From Naegleria gruberi (Eukaryota): a stretch of DNA of 64,000 bases. Shown in pieces: positions 29,419 through 41,225 of the stretch. Position 1 is the first letter of the stretch. The number at the start of each line of letters is the position of its first letter. Location: assembly GCA_000004985.1 (NCBI GenBank), contig GG738926.1; one strand, given 5' to 3'. The notes under the pieces were generated by a model. It worked only from the letters and a program-made list of their open reading frames with translations, made no database searches and was not told the DNA's origin. A program made the position numbers and the translations under genes.

Positions 29419-31599
29419 ATGTCAGTGTTTCCAGATCTATCGAGCACTTCATTCCCTGCTCTCAAGGAATGCTCTGACTCATTAAAAGTCTGGAATCTTC
29501 AGGAATTGTATGATTTTTCCTCCTCCGAATACAAAACTGCATGGGAATCAAATATTGATCATCATGATAAGCTATCATGTGTTTATCATGATTGCGTCTA
29601 TTTGCAATCATTAAATAATTTTTCTTTTAATCATGCTGATGAGAGGGATGGAAGATTGATTTTAATTAATTTGAAAACAAAAACGAATCGAACAATTCCA
29701 GTGAGAGGGCTTCATTGTACAAAGGTTGATCGGGATGGGAAGGTGATATTGATTAGTTCTGATAGGAAGTCGTTGCAGGTTTTTCATTTGGAAATGAAGA
29801 GTAAAATAGCTGACATTCGGACAGAAAAAGAGTTTCATTTTGCTGATTGGTTGGATAGTGAGAATATTGTGTTTGTGGAGGGAAGTTCATTGTGTAAATT
29901 GAATATTTCACAACAAGATCAGCAGCAGGAAGTTATTATTGAGAATATTCCTGGTGAGTTCAATAAGGATATTACCGGAGTGATTTTTAATATGGAGATG
30001 TGTGCCATTCAAACAGTGAAGAAGGGAGAGTATTCGTTCTATTTGTACAAGTCAGATTTAAAGGTAGGTCAAATAGTGGGACCTAATAATGCATTTGGTG
30101 TTTGCTTGATGGAAGATTCGAAAAAGTTGGTATTGCTTTCTTCAAATGGCTTATTGTTTAAAGACCCTACTGTTGGAAATATAACTGAGCCAGTTTTGTT
30201 TTCAGAGAAGGCATACATGACACACTACTTTAAGGAGTCTCAATTGGTTGCATTTGTTGGGTATAAGGGTGATAGTGGTGTTATTGACCTTTCTTCTAAA
30301 AAACTTATTGCTAGACATGATTTCAAAACAGAAATAGTGAACAGTTTCAAGACGGATGATAGTCTCGTTATAGTTACAAAGGGAGGGAAAGTGATTGAGT
30401 GCTGTTTTAATGCAGAATTCATGTTACATACGTATAGAAACAACTACGATGTGTCAACAGAAATAATGGCTTATTGGAAACGCTTTTCAGAGAGCAATAT
30501 TAAGGATTTTAGACTTTCATCAATTCAATCAATCTTACCATTACAGACTCCTCTGAACAAGTACAATAGAGATTACTATATTCCTCATGGAGGTATTCAT
30601 ATTTTCCATCCGATTATTTCTTACTACTTCCCTTACATGTATCAGTGTGTAATTAGAAACGAACTCTCCATAGAATACACAACTGAGGAGCAAAATATCA
30701 TTAAGGATTTTGTTTCCTACCTGATTTATAGAGGCCAAGATTTGAAAATAGACAGAGACAATTATCTAAAGTGGATGTTCATATTCGATAGATGTTGGTT
30801 TGAATTTACAGAATTGGAATCAAAAATTGTAACTCTTTTCAATAATGATTTTGGTTTGATTTTGCCAGAAATTTCTCCCCTATTGCAGACGTTAACCGAA
30901 TATCAATCCAGAAATTTAAATTTTGAAAATGGTTTGTTACAAAAGTGTATCAACTATTGCAGAGATACCATGGATGGCAAAGAAGTTTCACAAGTAGAAC
31001 CTTTTATTAATGAACACATTCCAATTAGGTTGTCCATCGATTGTATCTACAACCGCCAAGATACTCATGATATCACATTGGTCGCTTATGGAAGGAAAAT
31101 TGGAGCTCATAAAACCGTTCTGGCATCTACAAGTCCAATATTGGAAGTAATGTTGGACGAGGAAGGATCGTTCAAGAGTGAAGTCACAGAAAATCAAGAG
31201 TTGGTGTTAGGTGGAGAAGATCTTGAGATACCAGAGAAAGATAGAGAGAAGAAGGGAGAACTATTCGAGTTACTTGTTAAATTTTGCTATACATCAAGTG
31301 TAGACTGTTCTCCAGAGGATGCATTTCTATTATATGAAATGGCTGATCAGTATCAAATTACTGATCTCAAGACATCTCTTGCAGACAAGATCATTGCACA
31401 ATTGAACCTTGACACATTTATGGAGATAGTCAAATGGAGTGATATTTTTGTACAAATTTCAAACAAACATCTGCACAGAGGAATTCTCAATTTTGCATCC
31501 CTTAATGGAATGAAACTTTTAGAATTATATTCAGATCAATTAGTTGCCTATCCAGAATTCCTTGTTAGATTTCTCAAATTTTCTTTTAATGTTGAATAA
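29419..31599 (+). CDS. BTB/POZ domain protein (726 aa) with N-terminal beta-rich region
   Basis: The C-terminal third contains a BTB fold (HDITLVAYGRKIGAHKTVLASTSPILEVMLDEEGSF...ELFELLVKFCYTSSVDCSPEDAFLLYEMADQYQITDLK) followed by a BACK-like helical tail. The N-terminal 500 aa are unassigned. Confidence 0.7.
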   Translation: MSVFPDLSSTSFPALKECSDSLKVWNLQELYDFSSSEYKTAWESNIDHHDKLSCVYHDCVYLQSLNNFSFNHADERDGRLILINLKTKTNRTIPVRGLHCTKVDRDGKVILISSDRKSLQVFHLEMKSKIADIRTEKEFHFADWLDSENIVFVEGSSLCKLNISQQDQQQEVIIENIPGEFNKDITGVIFNMEMCAIQTVKKGEYSFYLYKSDLKVGQIVGPNNAFGVCLMEDSKKLVLLSSNGLLFKDPTVGNITEPVLFSEKAYMTHYFKESQLVAFVGYKGDSGVIDLSSKKLIARHDFKTEIVNSFKTDDSLVIVTKGGKVIECCFNAEFMLHTYRNNYDVSTEIMAYWKRFSESNIKDFRLSSIQSILPLQTPLNKYNRDYYIPHGGIHIFHPIISYYFPYMYQCVIRNELSIEYTTEEQNIIKDFVSYLIYRGQDLKIDRDNYLKWMFIFDRCWFEFTELESKIVTLFNNDFGLILPEISPLLQTLTEYQSRNLNFENGLLQKCINYCRDTMDGKEVSQVEPFINEHIPIRLSIDCIYNRQDTHDITLVAYGRKIGAHKTVLASTSPILEVMLDEEGSFKSEVTENQELVLGGEDLEIPEKDREKKGELFELLVKFCYTSSVDCSPEDAFLLYEMADQYQITDLKTSLADKIIAQLNLDTFMEIVKWSDIFVQISNKHLHRGILNFASLNGMKLLELYSDQLVAYPEFLVRFLKFSFNVE

Positions 31600-31613
31600 A
31601 ATATGTACACGAG

Positions 31614-33601
31614 TTAAACATTTGGTTGTGCTGTCTTGGCAGCATTATTCTTCTTAGCTTCACATTCTTTTTGATAATTAGTAACAAATTCTTGAACTCT
31701 CTTATCCTTCTTTCTCAATCTGTCCCAAATATCCATCATGTCTTGTTCGCAATGCTTTGCCAGTGCATTAAAAAAGTCCTTAGATAGAGGTTTAGTGACA
31801 TCATCAATAGTCTTTCCAATTTCTTCCTTATTGAATTTAGAAGGTAAGTTTAATTCCATAGGAGCATCAGACTTTAAATATTTGTTTTGAATATTCTTTG
31901 CCAATTTTCTTCTTGCCTTGACATTTGACTTTCTCTTGTACAATTGAATTTCCTTCCAAGCTCTTTAAAGGTTATTAAATCACAATGTTGTTATACTTAC
32001 AAAACACTTTCTGGACAGTATGATTGTTTGGCAAATGCCAACAAGATATCAAACATTTTCTTGTCCCTGAGCATCTTGATTAGTGCTCCCTTTTCCACAG
32101 TAGTTACTCCTTCCTCTTCTTCTACGTCCTTATTCCTCTTTACTGATCCCTTTTGTTTGGAGTAGACAGAGATTAGCTCTGCAATAGCTCTGACAGCTGG
32201 AATGAAACCAGTCACAATATTATCAGTCACAACAGCGAAGAACAAGATGAGCCCGTAAGCAAAATATGCATCCGTTAATGAGCCAACCACTGGTATAAGC
32301 CCAGCTATAATATAGGCAACAATCCAGAGAACCCATAATATCAAAACTGTAAAGGTCTCAACTCTAATACGCCAAGTGTCATTGTCTTCACGAAGAGTGA
32401 AAATCAAAAGGACTAGAATAGCTACCAAGTATGACAAACCTTGAACAGCAACAGTGATCAAAGTACCTGTTCCTGCACCACAACCATGATTGAATACGAA
32501 AAAGTCTGCAGTTACAGTGAATTTAGTGGAATCAGGATAAGAAGAGAGATAGAAGGTTTCTACTAAACCACAAATCAACCAAATGAGCAAATGCAAAAAA
32601 CTAAAGACAATTGTGACTGCTAAATAGAACCACCACTTTAAAACGTGTTGAATTCTAACAATTCTAGTTTCCAATGCAATGTATTTTGCTAATTCTTCTT
32701 GAGTTACAGTTGAAATGGCATTTGCCAATACACTTTTGTGAAGACCACTTGCTTTTGACATTTGTCTTCTGATACCTTGGTTTGGATCGAGAGAGTTTAG
32801 TTTTTCATCAGTAGTGACTCCTCCAGATGAAGTGGAAAGTGAATCATCCATTTCCATAGTGACAGAACCAGCATCTGAATCAGTGTCATCTGAATCCTCA
32901 TCGTAAGAGTCTGTATCCGTCACTGTTGTAGTATTGAAGAGGACTATTCCAGAACCAGTTCCTGGACTATCCTCAACATCTGAAACGTTTCCAGAAGATG
33001 TAGATGGTTGTACTTGTACGGTTTCTCTCTTTCTTCTCGGTTCTCCTCCCTTCTTAATGAGACTCTCTTCGAGACGAAACAATTCAACACGAGTCTTATT
33101 CAAACGAGACATCCAAATCAATCTCCACAATCTCAAAAGTGTTGGGAAGAAGACAACCGGAGCAGCAAAGAAATAGGTCAACATGTAGATGAAACAAGGG
33201 AATATTTTACGACCAACAGTCAAACGTAAGATGAAAATAAAAGCAAATAGACCTGTCAAAAGCAATGCACCAATCATGACAGCAACTTCTCTATATTTTA
33301 CAAGAGGAACTTTCCTAGTTTTGATAACTGAAGCAATTGTGAAAACCACAAATATTAGATAAGTGCCCAGAAGAATACCACTGACAGCTTGACTGCTAAC
33401 AGTCTCTGGACAGAGGCCATATTCTTCCTTTTCTGTTCCATTCTTCAAGAGACTGGGATCACAGACACTTGTAGTATTTGTAGATGTGGAATTTGTGGTT
33501 GTTTGTAGAACACTGAGAATGGATATTAACCCTGTTGATATCCAAGAAGAGGGACCCTCGTTCATTTTGGAGTGATGGTTGTTATTATGGTTTAATCCCA
33601 A
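31614..33601 (-). CDS. Seven-transmembrane receptor with C-terminal RGS domain (7TM-RGS), 2 exons
   Basis: Model: complement join(32001..33565, 31614..31962). The true ATG is at 33565 (MNEGPSSW...); the track start is a TTG. There are seven predicted TM helices with a ~170-aa acidic/S/T-rich loop between TM3 and TM4. The RGS box spans the ~38-nt intron (GTAAGT donor at 32000-31995, AG acceptor at 31964-63): ...KKMFDILLAFAKQSYCPESVL|AWKEIQLYK...RRKLAKNIQNKYLKSDAPMELNLPSKFNKEEIGK...FFNALAKHCEQDMMDIWDRLRKKDKRVQEF. Confidence 0.8.
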
Positions 33602-34950
33602 CGACTATGGTTGTTGTCATAATTGGTATTGGTTCACGAATGAACAGTAACACCCGAATAATTTAGTTGTGAAAATAATTGACAGACAGGCAAGGCAAAA
33701 TAGGTTGATTTCGTTAAGACTTATGGTGTGAAAATCTTCTACTTACAAGTTGATGAACTGCAAACAAGTTAGAGGAGGTGAGTAGTTGAGATTGTCAATA
33801 CAATCGAGTTGATGATTTTTCTTTTGGATTTTCTGCTAGAAGATCGTGAAATGCTTCTCATCGTATGTCCCATCACATAGACAGATATTCTCCATTCTCT
33901 TTATTGTGAAGGACCCAGTGACCAATCATGCAATCATTCGAGTTAGCAAATGCATTATCACTTGTCGCACCACAGGGCATCACCAAAGAAGAATCTACAA
34001 ATTGCTTTGGTTATGCTTTACCATCAAGTCAAAGAGAGAAATGCTAACCAATGAAAGCAACCTTTCGAAGTAGAAATAATCGAGTAGGTGAAGTAATGAG
34101 CAAGTATCTGATTCTTCATCATCGGAAAGAAATGCGCACCTTAAATTACAAGCCTTGACTGGAAGAAGCCTATTCAGGTACCTCCATTAATGGCTCTTCT
34201 TTTCTGGATTCATTATTATTGTAAAGTAAATATCAATTCATTTGTTGTTGTTATTGTAGTAGAGTTGATGTAAGGAAGAAAAAAGTAAATATTGATATTT
34301 TGTTGAGTTGGTTGTTTTCATCATCAAGTAACAGATTTTACAAAGATTGCAAGAAAGGAGATGAAGTGCTCTAGTAGATAACGTTATGATTTGTTTTCTC
34401 ATTTGCCTTCCAAACTAGATAGCTAAGATAAGAGGTTGGTGCAATTCCGATTCCACCACAATAAAAATTCACCACCATATTCACTTCATGATTTGACTCT
34501 GCTTTTTTAATATTTTTTAAGTCTTAACAATTTCTATTTTTCTAACAGAAATTTACAGTTGGCGGCAAAATTCAACAAAAAAATTATTCATATTTAATGA
34601 TAAATTAGATATTTAGATCTTCAAAAATTAGATATTACAGGGTTTACGTAACTACAAGTATTTTGATTGAACAAAGATTTAATACAATCCAATGTTCTCA
34701 TCCAATAACTTGTTGTTACTCCCGAATAGACTCTTGTCGATCTGACTTCATGCAGGCTAAACGAACAAGCCTATCCGAAGAAGGATGAAATTGTGAATAA
34801 GGCCAAAATCGAACGTTGCCAATGAATGGCTCGACGAGGAAACTGTGATAATGCTTTTCCTAATAACCTGATTCGTACATTGACAACTTGTTTCTTGGTG
34901 ATTGTTGACGTCCTCTCCTGCCAGAAAAACACACAAAAAAAACGAGCAAA

Positions 34951-37900
34951 ATGAGATCTCACAACATCATTGGCTGTTTTTTATTTACCCTGCTATTTAT
35001 TATGATTTTTGGCAGCTGGGTTTCCAATGCCGCTGTATCAATAGATGTAAATTATAATATCTACCAATTAGTTGCCTCTTTCTACAATATCAGATCTATG
35101 GACTTTGACAAGCAAAATAATATCCTGTACATTGTCGGCGCTAATAACAAGGTTGTAAAATATACTGCTGCAAGTGGTACGACTGAATATGATGCATCAG
35201 CATATACTCCTTATGGCATTGCTGTCAATTCTACAAGTGCCTATTTTTCAGTATTTAATCCAGCTTCATTAAAAAAGTGGGACGGAGCTGTAGGAACCTC
35301 ATCTTATCATCTCATTATGCCAGGTTCAGTTTCTACATCAGGTTCAGATGATATAGTAGCAAATTCTTCATTGACGACGAAGCCGAAATATATGAGAATA
35401 TCATCAACCACAGGTGATTTATACTTTACGGAAGCATGCAGAGTGAGAAAAATATCAAATGGTATGGTTCGTGCTGTTGCAGGTAAAACTACTTGTACTT
35501 CCTCATCAGGAGATGGTGGTTCAGCCACAAATGCAGAATTTAATGGAGCTCCATATTATATTGCCTTAACACCAGAAGATGATTTACTTGTCATGGATAA
35601 TGTAAATAGACTGAGAAAAGTTAGCAATGGCACAATTACTACAATTCTATCACCTACCTCTTGTAGAGGTCTTGCTGTCGGTACTAATGGAGATATTTAC
35701 ATAATAGGTAAGTAATTGGATAAGAGCAAATTTCAATAATTATTATGTAGATGATCAAGTAGTTAGTAAGGTGAGGAATGGAGTTTCAACCACTATTGCT
35801 GGTGGTGGTGGAACTTCAACGAGCTCTTTTTCCTCAAATGATCCTCTATCATATGGTTTTGCTTATGCAGAACTCAGTGATATTGTCGTTGGTGTGAATA
35901 ATAGTCTTTATTTTGTTGCTGATCAGAAGTTATTCAAATTAGAACCTTATTGCAGTTCAGGTTATGTACTTTCACCTGATTATACTATTTGCTATCCTGT
36001 CTGCTTTAATACAGTAGCAACATCTCAATCAGTGTGCTCTAATTCAAATGGTACCTGTATTGCTCCTGATACATGTTCTTGCAAAGCTGGTTATACTGGT
36101 TCCAAATGTGAAATTCCAATCTGTTACGGATTACTCTCCAATGACACAGCCAATGCTTGCAGTGGAAGAGGATCTTGTGTAGCAAAGGACACTTGTGTCT
36201 GTCAACCAAATTATTCTGGACTTGCTTGTAATATCACTACCTGTTCTTCAATTTCTAGTACCAGTGCAAATGTTTGCTCTAGAAGAGGGTCATGCACTGC
36301 CTATAATACTTGTACTTGTTCGCAAAATTATTATTATGGAACAGATTGTCAAAATACTTACTGTTATTCAATTTCCTCTACTGATTCAAGTGTTTGTAGT
36401 GGACATGGTAACTGCTTAGATTATAATCAATGTTCTTGTTCTTCAAAATGGTATGGTTCCTATTGTAACATCACAGAATGCTTTTCTATGTTAAGTAACT
36501 CTTCAAATGTTTGTTCAGGTGCTGGTACTTGTAATTTGCCAAATAATTGTACTTGTAATGCTGGATATAATGGAACTAATTGTGAAAACTTTGATTGTTT
36601 CGGAGTGTCTGTGAATAGTGGCCAAAGTGCATGTCAACACAATGGAACATGCTCAGGACCTGGAGCTTGCTCTTGCTTGCCAACATACTATGGAAAAATT
36701 TGTGAAATATCAACTTGTTATGGTATATTGAGCAATTACTCTAGTGTTTGTTCAAGTCATGGAACCTGCACAATGTTGAATACTTGTGAATGCAGCCAAA
36801 ATTATTATGGAAATAATTGCAGCTTCCCTATTTGTTATGGAATAACATATGATGATACTAGTGTATGTTCTGCTCGCGGAAAATGTATTGGCGGAAATAA
36901 TTGTAAATGTAATAATGGTTATACTGGAGCTAATTGCGAGCTCAATATTTGTTATGGTGTTAACTCTGACCAATCTAATGTTTGCTCTTCACGTGGTTCA
37001 TGTGGTGCACCTGATTCATGTCAATGTACTAATGGATACAGAGGTCCAAATTGTCAATATGTTGAAATGATAATGGACGCCAAAGCGGCAGTTTTATCTA
37101 CAGCAGTCTCCAACGTAATAGCTTCCTATGCTCCTAAAACAGCAACATCTTGCAGTTCTATTTTCTCCTCAAAGGATTTGACATATCTTGGCTCCTCGGA
37201 AACTGTCAGATGTATTTGGAATCAAAACACATTCAAAATTTATTTAGGCTACAGACACTTTGTTTATGATAATATGACCATGGATATCTTTGGTAATGGC
37301 ATGAATTTCACTTTGCAAGTAGTCTTGACAAAGGCCATACAAGATAGTGCCAGTGCTTCTATTTCCATATTACCTCAACTATCTAAGGTACCAAAAACAG
37401 CAATTATTGTTAAATCTTACTCACCATTTGTTTTCCAAGCTTTTAGAAATACTTCAATTGCTTGGTCTAACTCAGGTAATACCGATATCTCTACATTGCT
37501 TTCAGGAATGAGCAACAAACCAGTGGTAGTCATTCCTTCTACAGAAATAACCTCAGCTTCAACCAAATTTTCCTTAAATGTAACAGGTAAAAACTGGATT
37601 GGTGCCACTTCAACTAGTGCAAAAGTTGATATTGATTATACTGCAGCCTATCCATACTTTGAATTAGTATCGGAGACAAGTGGTAGTCAATTTACTTGTT
37701 CTGGTTTTGACTGTATTATTGAAGTTAATCCGTATGTTACACCAACTCCTACAGTCTATTTTGATGTACCATTCAATGCTCTCAATAGTGGTTCTGGAGA
37801 TTATGTAATTAGATTTTTGAATAGAGTTGGCTCTACCATTCTAAACAGTTACTATGAGGGTTCAATGAAACTTCAAACAACCTCTAGTGCCTTAACCTAT

Positions 37901-40900
37901 ACAATGTCCTACACTGGCTTTGAAGAAGTGCCAATCGTGTTGCTCAATACTGAAAAACAATACTATGGAAACAAACTCACAATTACTGCTTCTTTTATTG
38001 ACCCGATGGTTGAATATTTGTTGAGTAGTAATAGTATTAGTGTTTCATGGTTTTGTTTTAGAGGTACTTCAAAGACTGGTCCTTTTTCTGCCTATGACTG
38101 TACTTCTCAAACTAAGGAATTAATCATTGGAGAATCTAACCTTATTGAAGGATACCATCAATTCCAATTCACAGCCACTTTGACAAATTCAAAAATCACA
38201 TCCGTTACCAAAACAGCAATTGTGCAAGTTGTTAAAACAAATATTCCAGATATTCTCTTTGACTCTGTTCCTCCAGTTTATCCATCATCAAGAAACTTGG
38301 TATTGAATGCAGTTATTTCTTCTTCCACGCAAATCGGTAGCGTTGTGTGGCAAGTAACCAAGGGTAATTTACTCAATGAGAATATTCTTAGTCAATCAAG
38401 TACTCTCTCATTGGATGGATACAATATCAAATCAACTTTGGTTATTGACAAGTCTTATTTATTACAAGGTGATTCTTATACATTCACTGTTACTGCTTCC
38501 AATGGTATTGGCTCTTCAACTGCAGCTGTTTCAACTGTTATTGATGTAGCTCCAAGAATTGCTTGTCAAGCCTATGACGCAGCCATAACCAATTCCGTTA
38601 TCTATGCTTACTCTAGTGATGTGGTAATTGATTGTGCTTCACTCTCTGACTACTCAATTGCTTCCTATCATGTCGATATATATGCCAACTCAACCAGGGT
38701 AATGACAGTATCTAAAACAATGAAAAAGACTTTTATTACAAAGGTACCATACGGTCCAAATGGAAATATCAGACTGGATGTACGAGCTGTAAACAAGATT
38801 GGATCTATTTCATCTGCTTCTATTGATCTCAAGGTTTCTCTTAAAAATACTGATAACACCCTCGCTGGAAGAATTGGATTTGCTAGTTCTGAATATGAAA
38901 GCAACAAAGCAAGCTTTACAAGATTAGAAAGTGTTGTTACTATGCATTCTTTATTGTTACTTATTATTCAACAAAATTCTGTTAGTGAATTTGCCAGTAT
39001 AGACTCTACAGCCAAAACTACTCTCACCACCTTGATAACCAATATGTTAACTACTTTGAGTGGTCTGAAGAGTATTAGTTACAACGCAGATGACAAATTA
39101 GCTCCTGTTTTTATTCCATTTGCAAATGATGCTTACAGGTTACTTGCTGTTATTTCTCCAACTACAGTGGCTTCCAATGCTGATCTACTCACTTGGGTTA
39201 AATTCTTCATAACGTCATTCAATGATTACAAGACATATTATAGATCTACAGTTGTACCTACTATTTACGACTCTAAACACTTGACAGAAATTGATTCCTT
39301 GATAGGTATTGGCGCAAAGTATATTAGTGATAGTAGTTTCAGTCCATTATATAAGGAAACAGCTATTATTTCCAAATTGATTACTGACGTTACCAATTCC
39401 ACAACAACGACAACCTCCACCATCGTGGATTCCAGTGGTACGGAGACAAGATTTGATATTGTTGACAGAATTCAACAACTGAATGCCAAGACAATTACAT
39501 TCGCTAATTATCCTTCAATTTCTATTTCCTTCCCATCAGATTTCTACTCACAACTCGGTGTTGAAAATTCAGGATCAGGAGTAACCCTCACTTCTGCTGT
39601 TTCAACCTCTAAATATTCCCAACTAGTAAGCCCTTCTGTTGATATTTCTCTTTCTACCTCTTCAGACGCTGTTATTTCTGTGAGTGGATTGCAAGGAAAT
39701 TTGATTCAAATCAATTTTGGCACCTTATCACAACCTAAAGCTAACTTTACCAGTTACAATTATACTTGCAGATTCTTGAATACTACCTCATCACAATGGA
39801 GTCAGTCAGGAGTGTCAAGCTCTATTTCCATTTTGTCAGATGATGGCCAAACTGTCACCTTTTCTCTTTCATGTTTAACTTCTCACTTGACTTCTTTCGG
39901 AGTTGTTTCTGCTATCATCCCTCCAACATCACAATCTAAAACAGTAACAACAGATAATACTGGTGTTGTTGTTGGTGCTGTTTTGGGTACACTCTTGCCA
40001 TTGATTTTGATAGCTGTTATTGTTGTCGTAGTGGTGATAATTGTAATTATTTTATACAAGAGAAAGAAATCTCTCGACTCATCACAAGTTCAAAATGTTG
40101 AATTGGTCAATAAGAATGTTTCAAGTGTTCATATTAGTGACTTCCCTTCAGAAGAAAGCACTCACTTTAAGCAATTGGTTAGTGTATCTTCTGGATCTAC
40201 TAATTCTGATCCACTTGCAAGATATGCTGATATGGTAAAGATTGGACAAGGCGCATTCGGAAGTGTGTTCAAAGGTGTTGATACAAAGCAAGCAGGAAAG
40301 TTGAAGGCCATCAAGGTTATTAGATTTAATTCTGTTGGTGAATTGAACAATATGCTCAAAGAAGGAACTATGCTCATGAACATTGATCACCCACATATTC
40401 TAAAAGTCAACGAGTTTATTATTGACAAAGATAACATTCTCTGTATTGACACAGATTTCTGCGAAGATGGTGATTTGACCAAGCTTACTCTTTCTGCAGA
40501 GCCAATCCCAGAACCAATCATCAAACAAGTAATTTATCAAATGTGTTCTGCTTTGGCCTTTATTCACAACAAGCTCAAGATTATTCACAGAGATGTTAAA
40601 CCACACAACATTTTCTTGAAAGAATTGACAGATTTTTCAGTTCAAACAGTTTTGGCTGACTTTGGTCTTGCTAAACAAGATCAAAACAACAGCATGAATT
40701 CATATGCTGGTACACCACTTTGTAAGTTTTTATTTTTAATTATTTAATTAACAACCAATTAAATAGACATGAGTCCAGAACTTGCCCTTGGAGGTAAATA
40801 TAACTATAATACTGACACTTGGTCTCTTGGTGTTGTAGCCTATCAATTAATGACTAAAGATATCACAACTGCTCTAAGTCATTTGTGCTTAACAGGAGAT

Positions 40901-41125
40901 TCAGAAGATACTAAGAAGAGAATTAGAGCCAAATTGGATGAGACTGGTCAATACTCTGAAGCATTGAAAGAGATTGTCATTTCCATGTTAGAAAAAGATG
41001 CTGCATCACGTCCATTTCCTCAAGAATTAGTCGATCGTCCTTTCTTCCAAGATTATAGACCAAAGAAGAAGAAGAATAACATTTTCAGATCCAGTTCTGC
41101 AGGAGAAGATGATATGTATATGTAA
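34951..41125 (+). CDS. Receptor Ser/Thr protein kinase with NHL-repeat + ~12 EGF-like (tenascin/laminin-type) repeat ectodomain, 3 exons (~2028 aa)
   Basis: Model: join(34951..35707, 35751..40721, 40767..41125), with introns GTAAGT...AG of ~43 and ~45 nt. It has a signal peptide and NHL-like repeats. EGF-like units of the form C..G.C...d.C.C..gY.G..C span ~36000-37060. A long S/T-rich stalk precedes the TM helix VVVGAVLGTLLPLILIAVIVVVVVIIVIILY. The kinase domain shows GQGAFGSVFKG / AIK / HRDVKPHNIF / DFGLAK, and GTPLY|MSPE...DTWSLGV is completed across intron 2. Confidence 0.85.
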
Positions 41126-41225
41126 ACTTATTAAACAAATTTTAATGACCTGTTGATTTCAGTAGATGCATAAAAATTATCCAACACTGGATGAAGAGAA
41201 CCCAGTAATTGCCTTCCTTTATGGA

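Noticed and set aside
36000-37060. Highly periodic ~93-96-nt DNA repeat that could be mistaken for a CRISPR-like or satellite array
   Set aside because: The periodicity is in-frame and encodes tandem EGF-like modules with conserved Cys spacing inside a 2028-aa receptor kinase. There are no direct-repeat/spacer structures.
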